NCBI RefSeq assembly: GCF_006345805.1
Contig: NC_043013.1
Location: forward strand, 16,120,001-16,184,000
DNA length: 64,000 bases
Direction: 5' to 3'
DNA from: Octopus sinensis
Lineage: Eukaryota
Shown piece after piece: positions 1 through 12,075 of the stretch (position 1 is the stretch's first letter; every line of letters starts with the position of its first letter). The notes beneath the pieces were generated by a model. That model saw only the letters and a program-made list of their open reading frames with translations. It ran no database searches and was not told where the DNA came from. Both the position numbers and the translations under genes were made by a program.

Positions 1-569
1 GTTGCATTGTATTGTGGTGGGGCTTAAAACTCCAGTTGTACCTTTAACGGGTACAGCTGATAGCAAGAAGTTCACAGGGAAAGTGCTGTTTATGAGTTAC
101 TCCAACAGATGTGAGTTTTCACTGAAGCCTACCGATTATTAGAAATCCGCTAACGAAGCAAGCTTCTTCCAACAAACTGATATAGATAGAGAGATAGATA
201 TGGATATAAACATACACACTTCGAACTGACAGATACTTATATATGCGTGTGTGTGTGTGTGTACATATACACATCAATACTCCATTCATTCGTTTAAACT
301 ATCAAATCATCTACACAACAACGATTATCTCTCCCTCTCTTTATCTCTTACGTCCCACTAACCCTCACGCCCGAGCTAGCTAGCTATCTACCTTGCTACT
401 CTCTTTCATTCTATTGAAAACTATAAATTACTTTGAATAAAATGATTTTAAATATTGTGTGTGCAGCAGCTGTTCTCGCTTTCTCTTCTTTTGTTTTATT
501 TATTCTGCTCTTGTTTACTTCGCCTTTCTTTTGGTTATACACCACCACACACTCACACACAGACACAGA

Positions 570-609
<40 letters not shown>

Positions 610-619
610 ACACACACAC

Positions 620-650
<31 letters not shown>

Positions 651-936
651 TATATAGTATGTATGTATGTATATATATACATATATATATATATATAATA
701 TATATATTATATATATATATAACATAAGGGACTAAAAGCCATCTGAATATGGCTAGGGACAGGGCAGGGTGGTGGGGGTGTTACTGTTGCATTTAGCCCC
801 GGCGAACATCAACGTCGCCAGATAGGCTTGACACCATCACGGTGTCCTTTAACCTTATATATATATATATAGAGGTATAATATATATATATATATATATA
901 TAATGTTATATATATATTATATATATTATATATTAT

Positions 937-1114
<178 letters not shown>

Positions 1115-1132
1115 TATACATACATACATATT

Positions 1133-1165
<33 letters not shown>

Positions 1166-1251
1166 CTATGTATGTATGTATGTATATATATTATATATAT
1201 ATATACATATACATACATACATATAATATATACATACATATATATATATAA

Positions 1252-1282
<31 letters not shown>

Positions 1283-1286
1283 GATA

Positions 1287-1339
<53 letters not shown>

Positions 1340-1341
1340 AG

Positions 1342-1490
1342 CATGGCCACAGAAGTAAAAGAGTAAGAGTATACGACGGGTTTATTTCATTCGTGCTACC
1401 AAATCCACTCACAAGGATTTGGTCGGCCTGAGATTATAGCTGAAGACACTGGCCAAGGTGCCACGTAGTAGAAATGAACTGGAACCATAT
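1342..1490 (-). mobile_element. Degenerate tRNA-derived SINE, family A
   Basis: Similar to the intact 34335-34752 copy (ccaaatccactcacaagg, gaagacact, ccaaggtgccacg). Confidence 0.6.
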
Positions 1491-1814
1491 ATATATGAGC
1501 TGAAACTGGAAAAATCAAAATCATATATATATAACATTGTTTCTTTTTCCCCCCTCTTCAATCATAATTTTTTTTTTCTTTTCACCTTACAATTCTTGAA
1601 AAGTCACATTGTGACGAAACCTGTTTGAATTAATATATATATATTTTGTTAATTTTCCATACACCCATTTTCATTAAAATTTACCTTCAATTTAGCATTC
1701 TGCCTTTTTATAATTTTTCCTTGCCTATCATTTCTCCACGTGCGGTCAACACAACCCCACCATTTATTGATATATATTATATATATATATATATAATATA
1801 TTATATATATATAT

Positions 1815-2225
1815 ATACGAGCAAAACGTCCTCGTCCAATGGACGGTGTTGAGTTGTCAGACATTTAAACCAAATTTTCGCAAAACAACTTGTCCGACCG
1901 TCCCATAGGCCTCCCCTTTGAGTAACACTGATTTAACCAAAATTTGAGACACCAGCAAAAGAAGAAATATAGATAGACTTTTTCTCGCGTACGCGTAGTA
2001 ACGATCGCAACAGCTGATGTACTTGCGCGTACAAATGCACGTTCCCACGGCTTTATCGATCGCATTCACACCTTGAATCGATTTTTGTAATTTTTTCAAG
2101 ACTTATACACGCCCTGATACCGTCAGTATCTACATACCAAATTTGAGTGCAATCAGATGGAGGATGCCCAAAATCCTAGAAGACACACACACAGACAGAC
2201 AGAACGATTTTATATAATATATAAG
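1815..2225 (-). mobile_element. Probable non-autonomous Helitron-type element
   Basis: On the minus strand it starts cttatatattatataaaa, contains a (GTCT)n tract and a ccaaatttgag..atcag motif, and ends with hairpin cgtcca-a-tggacg followed by CTCGT (cf. CTAGT). Confidence 0.45.
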
Positions 2226-2499
2226 CCATCTCAAATTCGAACCAAACATATTTGATTATACCTGCCCTTATGCATTGAATGTAAATTCCAAATATCATAA
2301 GGATCCATTCAGTAATTTTGGTCCATGAAATTGTATGAGACACACTGCATTACCCTTCTCTCTAGGCTTCGATTTTGTGTTCAAAATTTCATTAGAATCG
2401 GTGCTGTAGTTTTCGAATGTATATACACACACAGAAACATAGATTGATAGATACAACTGAGTGGGCAAACAAAAATATGAGACACTGCCTGGTGCTTTT

Positions 2500-2815
2500 T
2501 TTTTATTTTGATAAGCCTGGTACTTATTCTATCAGTTTCTTCTGGTCAAACCAGTAAATTATGAGGATGTAAATAAACAAACAGCAGTTGTGAAGCAGTG
2601 ATGAGGGAGAAACACAGAGATAAAGACACACACATACACTTACATATATACATGCATATATCTAAGATTGATTTCTTTGAGTTTCTGTCTACGAAATCCA
2701 CTCACAAGGCTTTGGTTGGTCTGAGAGGCTATAGCAGAAGACACCTGCTGAGACTGAACCCAGGGCTATGTGTTTTGGAAGCAAGTTTCTTACCACACAG
2801 CCACACCTGCACCTA
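2500..2815 (-). mobile_element. Degenerate SINE family A
   Basis: Matches family A head (cttaccacacagccacacctgcacc) and body. Confidence 0.6.
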
Positions 2816-2912
2816 TATATATATGTGTGTATGTGTGTGTGCGTGTGTGTGTGTATGTGTGTCGTGTCTGTGTGTATGTGTATGGGTGTATATATGTATG
2901 CATGTATATATG

Positions 2913-2959
<47 letters not shown>

Positions 2960-3180
2960 ATATTACATGTACATCTATAAGCCTCATTTAGACCCCTTTT
3001 CACGTTTTGGTTAATATATCCCGATTTCATTCGGGTCTACTGGAGCCACATTTTATAAGATGAGGAATTTTGTCCTAGAGGACACGCCTTTCATTTGAGG
3101 AAAAAAATAGTTGCCATGCCAACTCGCCAGCACTTTTAACATAGGTGTACATATTTTTAGCACAACCGACCACAATGCAC

Positions 3181-3217
<37 letters not shown>

Positions 3218-3340
3218 ACATTATATATATGTGCGTGTGTATGTGTACGCATTACATATACAAATGTATACAAATTATATATATATTATATATATATATA
3301 TAGATATATATATATATATATATAATATATATATATATAG

Positions 3341-3373
<33 letters not shown>

Positions 3374-4180
3374 GTGTAAATAAATTAGAGATAAAAACCA
3401 CTATTAGGCAAAATCAAACAGTGAGAAAACATAAACCAAAACTAAAAATAAAAATATAATATACAAAATATATAAAATATAAAATAAAAAAATTTAAATT
3501 ATTTAAATTTAAATTAAAATTATTAACTTATATTTATAATTTTTTTAAAATATATATAACAATCAAAAAGTATTAAAGTTTAATATACATAAATACAGAT
3601 ATATATACATTATATATACATATTTATATATAGAACACACATACATACACACACACACACACCACACACACACACACATATATAAATTGACTCAATAAAT
3701 ATCTGATTCATAATATTTGTTCTCATGATTGTGTGGTGGTGGTGGCGATGATAATTCTGTCTATGAATGCAGACAGACGTAGAGAGAGAGTGTGTGTGTG
3801 TGAAAGCGCTGTCGAAGGCGGGGAGGGGGAGATATAGGACGCTGTGAAACGACGTTATAAAGAGAAAGTGAAGGGAAGGGAGGTTAGACGCTGTGAAACG
3901 ATTTATAGATAGAATGTGAAAGGAAGGAGGAAGAGAGTGGTGATGGAGGAAGACAGATACATAAAAGAATGAGAGTAGACTTATCAAGTGCGTTTTTGGC
4001 CCCAGCAACGACACTTTAAGATAAGTATTTCTAACCTAGCCCACTCCAAATCCTCACCGCATTTTACATGTCCTTGTATTTTTTGGAGTCAATCGACGGA
4101 ATCTAGTGCCCTTTAACCCGTTCCAATGCCAAAACCAGACAAACAAACTTTTCGCATTTCAGAATTATAATATTGTATAT

Positions 4181-4223
<43 letters not shown>

Positions 4224-4428
4224 ATATAATAATAATAATAATAATAAAATAATAATAATAATAAATAATAATAATAATATTAGGGAATAAATCAAAACTA
4301 ATTTAATATATTATTTATATATATATATTGTTAATCCAAACAAGAAAGCAAAAAAAAAACACAACAACGCGAGGACGTGGAACAAATATAGTATTATTGG
4401 ATGCTCAGGAAAGAAGGAAATAAGGATG

Positions 4429-4463
4429 GTTTAACGTTTCGAGCGGAGCTCTTCGTCGGAAAC
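4429..4463 (-). ncRNA. Minimal type I hammerhead ribozyme-like motif
   Basis: GUUU-CCGACGA-A-GAGC-UCC-GCUC-GAAAC-GUU/AAAC. Stem I 4 bp, stem II 4 bp, palindromic AACGUU at helix III, U4C variant. Confidence 0.6.
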
Positions 4464-4651
4464 ATAGGAGAATGAAAGATCCAGAGAAGGGAAGACAGAG
4501 GAAAAAAAATCGCCAACGATACACACGCGGTCATATCTATATATATATACATGTATACATATACAGCTATACATATACATGTGACCGCGTGTGTACCGTT
4601 GGCGATTTTTTTTCCTCTGTCTTCCCTTCTCTGGATCTTTCCTTCTCCTAT

Positions 4652-4686
4652 ATTTCCGACGAAGAGCTCCGCTCGAAACGTTAAAC
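4652..4686 (+). ncRNA. Minimal type I hammerhead ribozyme-like motif
   Basis: AUUU-CCGACGA-A-GAGC-UCC-GCUC-GAAAC-GUU/AAAC. Inverted twin of 4429-4463. Confidence 0.55.
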
Positions 4687-5459
4687 CCTCCTTCTTTCCT
4701 TCTTTCCTGAGCGTCCAATAATACTATATTTGTTCCATGTCCTCGCGTTGTTGTGTTTTTTGTGCTTTCATGTTTGGATTAACTTTATATAAACATGTAT
4801 ATATATACATCTAAATATATACATTTGTGCAGATGTACACACGCACACACACACACATATATATATTATATATATGTATGTATATATGTATGTATGCCTG
4901 TATATACGTGAGATAATAGTTTCACTTTAATAGTTACGGTATTAAAGTGAAACTATTATAGTGAAAATATTTGACATTACAATAGAGAGATGTTATTCCT
5001 TCACTTTAGACGCGTAAATACTGAAATAGTGGAGAAGACTCTGGGCTTGCAGTAGGCAAGAAGTTAAAAATTTTTTTGGCCTGTATCACTACATGGACCG
5101 TAGGTAAGGCATGTGTAAAATTTGAATGAAATTAGTTGCGTAGTTCTCAAGTTTCAGAGATTGACACAGACACACACATACATTCTCATGTTTACACACA
5201 CATGTACACATACACTCACTCGTGCGTACCCCCACTCTCTGCTCTCACCTTGCTTGGCAGCAGTTGTCCTGCTGCTGTGCTGTTTCTTTGGTTGTTGTTA
5301 TTGGTGATGGTCGTAATGATGATGATGATGATGATGATGATAATGAAAAGTAATACGATAATGAGTAAATAAAGGTTAAAACGTGTGTGTGTATATGTCT
5401 CTCTCTCTCTCTCTGTCTCTCTGTCTCTCACTCTCTGTCTCTGTCTCTCTCTCTCTTTC

Positions 5460-5529
<70 letters not shown>

Positions 5530-5577
5530 AATATATATGTATATACAGGCATACATACATATCTATATATATATATA

Positions 5578-5736
5578 GGTGCAGGAGTGGCCGTGTGGTA
5601 AGTAGCTTGCTTACGAACCACATGTTCCGGGTTCAGTTCCACTGCGTGGCACCTTGGGCAAGTGTCTTCTGCTATAGCCTCGGGCCAACCAAAGCCTTGT
5701 GAGTGGATTTGGTAGACGGAAACTGAAAGAAGCCTG
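5578..5736 (+). mobile_element. SINE family A, 5' half
   Basis: tRNA-like head (gtggccgtgtggtaag ... gggttcagttcc) plus ccttgggcaagtgtcttct body. Confidence 0.85.
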
Positions 5737-5789
5737 TGTTATATATATATATATATATAAAAAAAAATTTAAGTCTTCCGGTTGATATT

Positions 5790-6540
5790 AAAAGGTTCAG
5801 AAGTAAATTTTTTGTATTTTTTAAGCACTAGAAAACTTCGGCCTAACATAAATGTTTAGCACCTGGGTGTCTTTTTTTGTTTGTGTTCAATATAATGGCT
5901 AAATCCTGCCGTGCTCACGTGTAGTTCATGACAGGATAAGGCATAATTTATTTGTTCATGTGTAAATAGATCTGTTGGAAAAAGGCACCTGTTCATTACC
6001 AATAACACTTGAGATCTATCGATTGTCAATGCCAATGTTAGTTGAACTACAAGTTGTAATTGTTTGAAGTTGAATGGAGACGCAATGTTGTTAGGTCTTA
6101 GATTAATTCTTGGCATCAGTGGCATATATAATGATCAACTTATTACAAAATCACCTTCAATCATATATTCATGTAAAATGGATTATTGAGCTTTTTTGTT
6201 GCTTTTTTTTTTATCCGTTCGGTTTATTGAAATTTCGCAATCGTAAATATGGATGAAACTTTTTATCAAGGTTACAGCTATTTCAAACTCCATTGGATGA
6301 TTGTAGAAATTGCCTGTATCCTCTGTGCATTTTCAAATGACTGTTTCTCCATCCAAAATATCGATAATTTCTTCCTTTATAGAATCAACATCAGCATTAG
6401 CAAGGAGTGACAATATTGGTCGATCAACATTAGCAAGGAGTGACAATATTGGTCGATCATCATTGGCAAGGAGTGACAATATTGGTCGATTATGTCTACC
6501 ACATAATTGATCTACCATTTTCAGGTTACCTTTAATTTGC
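5790..6540 (-). pseudogene. Helitron Rep/Hel Pif1-like helicase C-terminal remnant
   Basis: Minus-strand translations RPILSLLANADVDSIKEEIIDILDGETV (cf. RAILxPxNxDVxxINxxIL) and MPRINLRPNNIASPFNFKQLQLVVQLTLALTIDRSQ...LFTHEQINYALS (cf. IPRIxLxPxxxxxPFxFxRRQFPVxLAFAMTINKSQ...FSHGQLYVALS). Stops and frameshifts present. Confidence 0.75.
6391..6489. repeat. 33-bp tandem repeat x3 inside the Helitron helicase remnant
   Basis: Three copies of tca(g/a/t)catt(a/g)gcaaggagtgacaatattggtcga; in frame (DRPILSLLAN-x). Confidence 0.95.
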
Positions 6541-6544
6541 TCTA

Positions 6545-6745
6545 AACAGTGGTTTCACATTTTGGCACAAAGCCAGAAATGTAGGGGGGGGGGGAATCGA
6601 TTGTATCGGCTCCAATATTCAACGGGTATTTGCTTTATCGACCTCGAAAGAAATTAAGGCAAAGTCGACCACAGTGGAATTTGAACTCAGTAAAGACATA
6701 AAGGCGGCGGAAATGCCGCTGAGAATTCTACCCGGCATCCTAACG
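6545..6745 (-). mobile_element. Degenerate SINE family B variant
   Basis: aaggcaaagtcgacc..ggaatttgaactcag motif shared with family B. Confidence 0.55.
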
Positions 6746-6859
6746 TATCGGGTGTTTGGGCTAAATTTGACAGTTTGCATAAAAGGAAAATAAAATAAAA
6801 ATATTTTTTAAAATCAAGTATTTTAAAAGTATTTTTAACATGGACACTAAACTCTGCTT

Positions 6860-7372
6860 GCAAAGACCTGTTGAGGCAAGTGAAATCGAAATCAAATTCG
6901 ATGAGTGGCATCCGTGCTAGCGGGGTGCCAAGAGCACCACACGAGTGTGATCGTCGACAGAGCGGCTAACCGGCTTCCATGCCAGTGGCACATAAAAGGC
7001 ACCATTCGAGTGTGATCGTTACCAGTGTCGCCTTACTGGCACTTGTGCCCCGTGCTAGTAGAGTATTAAGAGCACCATCCGAGCGTGATCATTGCCAGAG
7101 CAGCCAACTGGCTTCCGTGCCGGTGGCACGTAAAAGGCACCATTCGAGCGTGATCGTTACCAGCGTCACCTTACTGGCCCCCGTGTCGGTGGCACGTAAA
7201 AGCACCCACTACACTCTCGGAGTGGTTGGCGTTAGGGAGGGCATCCAGCTGTAGAAACTCTGCCAGATCAAGATTGGAGCCTGGTGCAGCCATCCGGTTC
7301 GCCAGCACTCAGTCAAATCGTCCAACCCATGCTAGCATGGAAAGCGGACGTTAAACGATGATGATGATGAAC
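6860..7372 (+). mobile_element. 3' end of an RTE-type LINE or RTE-tailed SINE with internal ~138-bp tandem duplication and (GAT)n tail
   Basis: ggttggcgttagggagggcatccagctgtagaaa...ccaacccatgctagcatggaaagcggacgttaaacgatgatgatg. Internal repeats of aagagcacc...ccttactggc. Confidence 0.65.
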
Positions 7373-7382
7373 TTGATTATAG

Positions 7383-7482
7383 NNNNNNNNNNNNNNNNNN
7401 NNNNNNNNNNNNNNNNNNNNNNNNNNNNNNNNNNNNNNNNNNNNNNNNNNNNNNNNNNNNNNNNNNNNNNNNNNNNNNNNNN
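7383..7482. other. Assembly gap (100 N)
   Basis: Run of exactly 100 N. Confidence 1.
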
Positions 7483-7592
7483 TGTATGTATGTATGCATG
7501 CATGTATGTATGCAGCATGTATGTTGTATGTATGTATGTATATATGTATGATATGTATGTATGTATTGTATGTATGTATGTATGTATGTATG

Positions 7593-7626
<34 letters not shown>

Positions 7627-7907
7627 TGTATGTGTGTGTGTATGTTTAAGTGAGACAAAAATAGATCTATTTACGTCTTCTATATTTATCTGCATCAATT
7701 CCAGAGCCAAAACTGGCCACAAAAACCTGAAAATTCAGGTTTAAAATTTTGTTGAACAGGAGTTGGACGTCTAGAAGTAATAGCTGTTCCCGTTGTCAGA
7801 ACAGGAGACTATTGCTGTGTGTAATCTATCTATCTATCTATCTATCGATTATCTATCTACTATCTATCTATCTATCAATATCTATATCGATCTATCTATC
7901 TATCTCT

Positions 7908-7979
<72 letters not shown>

Positions 7980-7983
7980 CCTA

Positions 7984-8018
<35 letters not shown>

Positions 8019-8071
8019 ATATCTATCTATCAACTATCTATCTTATATCTAGCTTTCTATCTATCTATCTA

Positions 8072-8102
<31 letters not shown>

Positions 8103-8184
8103 GATCTATCTATCTATTCTATCCTATCTATCTATCTATCTCATCATCTATATATCTATCTATCTTTCTATCTATCTATCTATC

Positions 8185-8216
<32 letters not shown>

Positions 8217-8610
8217 GTCTATTCCATTTTGCTCGCCTATATAATATACACACTAATACACATATATATATATATGTATGTGTGTGTGTGTGTGTATGTA
8301 TATATCTACATATACATAAATATATATGTTTAAATATATATAAATATATACATACATATACATACACACACGCATATATACACATGTGTATAGATATATA
8401 TATATATATATATATGTATATACATACATACATACATACACATACACACACATATATACACATATGTATATATATATATATATATACCTACATGCGTATT
8501 TACCTGTGTATAACATATGTGCATACGTGTGTGCGTATGTGTGTGATATATGCATGTAATATACCATATTCACGCATCCATGGATGTAAGTATTTACATG
8601 CAAGCACACG

Positions 8611-8642
<32 letters not shown>

Positions 8643-8759
8643 CACACACACACATGCATACACACGCACACACACACACACAAATATATAGTTGGGGGTC
8701 AATTTTGCACGGCCTTCACATAAACAAAAACAGCAGCAGCCGTGACACCAACGGCAGCA

Positions 8760-9162
8760 GTAAAAGCGACAGCAGCAGCAGCAGCAGCATCGTTGCAGTG
8801 AATGTTGGTAGTGTAGTGGTGGTGGTGGTGGTGGTGGTGGTGGTGGTGTGGTGGTGTGGTGGTGGTGGTGGTTGTGGTGGTGGTGGTGGTGGTGGTGGTG
8901 GTGGTGGTGGTGGTGGTGGTGGTGTGGTGGTTAGTGGTGGGTGGTGGGGTGTGGTGGTTGTGGTGGTGGTGGTGGTGGTGGTGGTGGTGGTGTGGTGGTA
9001 GTGGTGGTGGTGGTGGTGTTGGTGGTTGTGGTGGTGGTGGTGGTGGTGGTGGTGGTGGTAGTGGTGGTGGTGGTGGTGGTAATAGTAGTAAAAGCAGTAG
9101 TAGTAGTGATAGCAGTAGCGGTAGTATAAGCCGAAGTAGTTACAGTAGTAGTTGTATTGGTT

Positions 9163-9196
<34 letters not shown>

Positions 9197-9309
9197 CCGC
9201 AAGACATCGCAATAATAATGTCACACCTCCAACCACCAGTCTCATATGAACACAACGTGTAGCTTTCGCGGCCCGCTAGAAACAACAGCCGAATCTTTCT
9301 AAATTCACA

Positions 9310-9347
<38 letters not shown>

Positions 9348-9370
9348 CCATCATCATCATCATCCCCATC

Positions 9371-9402
<32 letters not shown>

Positions 9403-9428
9403 CATCACCATCATCATCATCACACCAT

Positions 9429-9465
<37 letters not shown>

Positions 9466-9684
9466 CATCATCATCATCATCACCATCATCATCATCATAT
9501 CATCATCACATCATCATCATCATTCATCACCATCATCATCAATCATCATCATCATCATCATCCATCACCATCATCATCATCACCATCATCATCATCATTA
9601 CCACCATCATCATCATCATCATCGTGAAGATGAGTATCAGTAAACAACAGTATTTCAATCATAGCTGCCACTACCACACCTACA

Positions 9685-9715
<31 letters not shown>

Positions 9716-10320
9716 CCATCCTCCTCTCCTCCTCCTCATCATCATCATCATTACCAGCACACTTACCCACATCATCATCATCACCAGCACCAGCATACCA
9801 TCATCACTACCACCAAGATGACACCATCATCATCACTACCACCACTACCACCACCATTACCACCACCACAACCACCACCACCATCAACTACAGCCATCAT
9901 CTTCAACACCACCACCACCACCACTACCAGCACCACCGGGGGCCATAATCTTGATCATCATCATCACCACAACCATCATCATCACTACCACCACCACCAC
10001 TGCCACCACCATCACCAACACCATCATGATCTTGATCATCATCAGCAGCAGCACCCCACCCCACCCCACCTTCACCACAGCCATCATCATTATCGTCATC
10101 ATCATCGTTATCATCATCGTCGTCGTCGTCATCATCATCATCATATTCACCACCATCATCATCAGCATCACTACCTACCGCCAATATCATCGATACAACC
10201 ACCATCATTACCAAAACCACGAACCACCACTATTGTCTTCCTCTCCATCCCCATCATGATCACCATCCTAACAAGACCATCATATCATCAAAACCATTAA
10301 TGCCATTACTAACACCACCA
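8760..10320. repeat. Compound triplet microsatellite field: (GGT)n/(AGT)n/(AAC)n, then (CAT)n/(CAC)n
   Basis: Seen directly. It explains the poly-V/G/T/H/M ORFs. Confidence 0.95.
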
Positions 10321-10923
10321 ATATTTTCAAAGATACCACTCATGATTCATCAGTCAACCAACGTTACAGCCGTGGCTATGTTATTTTTTATGTAAGCATT
10401 GTGTACCTAGGATTACATTATCTAATGTTTTGTCCTTTCAAGACAGCAGTGTACGATTTGAGGGATATTTGGTTGCCATTTCTTACCCGCTTGAGTAATC
10501 ATATATTGGCCCCACACTCCTAACTTAGGCACAGACTGTAATACAAGCAACACATTCTGGTGGAAAAGAAATACGGGTAACATTAGAGTCATAACACTTG
10601 ACTGATATACTTTTTACAGAAAAACCGTCGTGTCACAATAGGACTTACATATTCCACGAAGCTAATTTACGGTACTTTTCTCTAGATATCGCTTTCTGAT
10701 CTGCTCGTCATTTAGCTACCTCAGCCACGTGGCGAACAGCCATGCACTTCTCCTACTTACTACTCACTAATCCTCAGCACCAGACCACACCTACATGGCC
10801 AGGGTCGGATTAAGACCCAAAGAAGCCCTAAGCACTTAAAAGATTTTGGTGGCCCCCTATATATATATATATATATATATGAATAAAAAATGGAGTTAAC
10901 GCAGGTTTAAACAAGTATTTTTA

Positions 10924-11006
10924 CTTTCTACATATGTTTCGAAAATTCCACTGATACTTATTCAAAAGAATAAAAGTATAACAATGCAATCTTCTCTTCG
11001 GGAAAG
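10924..11006 (-). ncRNA. Type I hammerhead ribozyme-like motif with long stem II
   Basis: CUUUC-CCGAAGA-[GAAGAUUGCAUUG..AUAC..UUAUUC-UUUU-GAAUAA-GUAU-CAGUGGAAUUUUC]-GAAAC-AUAU-GUA/GAAAG. Stem I CUUUC/GAAAG, palindromic ACAUAUGU, U4C variant. Confidence 0.75.
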
Positions 11007-11205
11007 TGAAAAAACGAAACTCGTCAATACGACATTTTAGCTAAAAATGATGGATTCGTTAGCGATAGACAGAACGCTATTAATATTGTTTAAAAAACGT
11101 TATATGATATAACGTCATAAGTAGCTAACAGAAAGAGTAGGGATATTAATAGTGAATGTTAAATATAAAGGAAATTAAAGTTTAAACTATATATAATGAT
11201 AGAGA

Positions 11206-11808
11206 CTACTTATATGCACTAAAAGTATTTTTCTGCCAATGCTTACATCTGTATGCTCGTTCTATAACCGTGTTTACTAGAGTATTTTTAGAAAAAATAA
11301 TGAAAAATAGCTCAGAATTGCAGAGAAGACAGAATTTCTTGCCTTTGTCATATGGTATCGAAATTGAGAGGATCAACCATTCTAAATGAAATTGTTCATT
11401 GTGGTCTTTTAAATCCCAAATCTGTTTGCTGAGACCGGTACTATTCTGTTTATTTCTATCCCTAAATGTTGAGTAATGGATAGAAATTCTTTTAGATAAC
11501 TCTAACGATGTGCTTCCAATGTAAAATCGTACTTTATTACGAGTACTGATTATACACTGGTATATAGAATTTTTAATCTTAGAGTTACTTGACATAAATT
11601 TAATTCTATTGGAATTGACTTCAGATACAATAACCTTGTTATTAATATTTCTAGAGGGTTGGATGGTATTAGCTAAATTAATGTTAGTATTAGTAAATGT
11701 ATTAATATTTAACAGTTTGTTATTATGAGAAGATATAATTTGCAAGAGATTTTTTGTGTTTGAAAAACCTATCCTAACCTTATGTGAATTAATTATAGAG
11801 TAATATCT
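11206..11808 (-). CDS. PLE ORF C-terminus: linker plus GIY-YIG endonuclease (partial, no start)
   Basis: Frame open from the junction: RYYSIINSHKVRIGFSNTKNLLQIISSHNNKLL...SIYQCII...FYIGSTSLELSKRISIHYSTF...STGLSKQIWDLK...FCLLCNSE...YRCKH. Shows the IY..YIG motif, R-x-x-x-H, CxxC and CxH. Confidence 0.85.
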   Translation of the reverse strand, partial: RYYSIINSHKVRIGFSNTKNLLQIISSHNNKLLNINTFTNTNINLANTIQPSRNINNKVIVSEVNSNRIKFMSSNSKIKNSIYQCIISTRNKVRFYIGSTSLELSKRISIHYSTFRDRNKQNSTGLSKQIWDLKDHNEQFHLEWLILSISIPYDKGKKFCLLCNSELFFIIFSKNTLVNTVIERAYRCKHWQKNTFSAYK

Positions 11809-11990
11809 AGATATTACTCTATAATTCCTTTATATTTAACATTCACTATTAATATCCCTACTCTTTCTGTTAGCTACTTATGACGTTATATCATATAACG
11901 TTTTTTTAAACAATATAATAGCGTTCTGTCTATCGCTATACGAATCCATCATTTTGCTAAAATGTCGTATTGACGAGTTTCGTTTTTTCA

Positions 11991-12075
11991 CTTTCCCGAA
12001 GAGAAGATTGCATTGTTTATACCTTTTATTCTTTTGAATAAGTATCAGTGGAATTTTCGAAACATATGTAGAAAG
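11991..12075 (+). ncRNA. Type I hammerhead ribozyme-like motif (inverted pLTR copy); predicted cleavage after 12070
   Basis: Same fold as 10924-11006, on the + strand. Confidence 0.75.

Larger units (their letters stand above)
4330..4783. mobile_element. Inverted pair of ~200-bp Penelope-type pseudo-LTR ends
   Basis: Arm 4330-4533 is the reverse complement of arm 4582-4783, with a 48-bp TA-rich spacer. A third copy lies at 45237-45442. Each arm carries a hammerhead-like motif and sits in (TA)n. Confidence 0.75.

Noticed and set aside
5826-5845. CTAG near the Helitron helicase remnant as its 3' terminus
   Set aside because: No convincing hairpin upstream, and coding-like similarity seems to continue past it.
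7793-9001. 402-aa ORF
   Set aside because: It is entirely TCTA/TA/CA/GGT repeat sequence.
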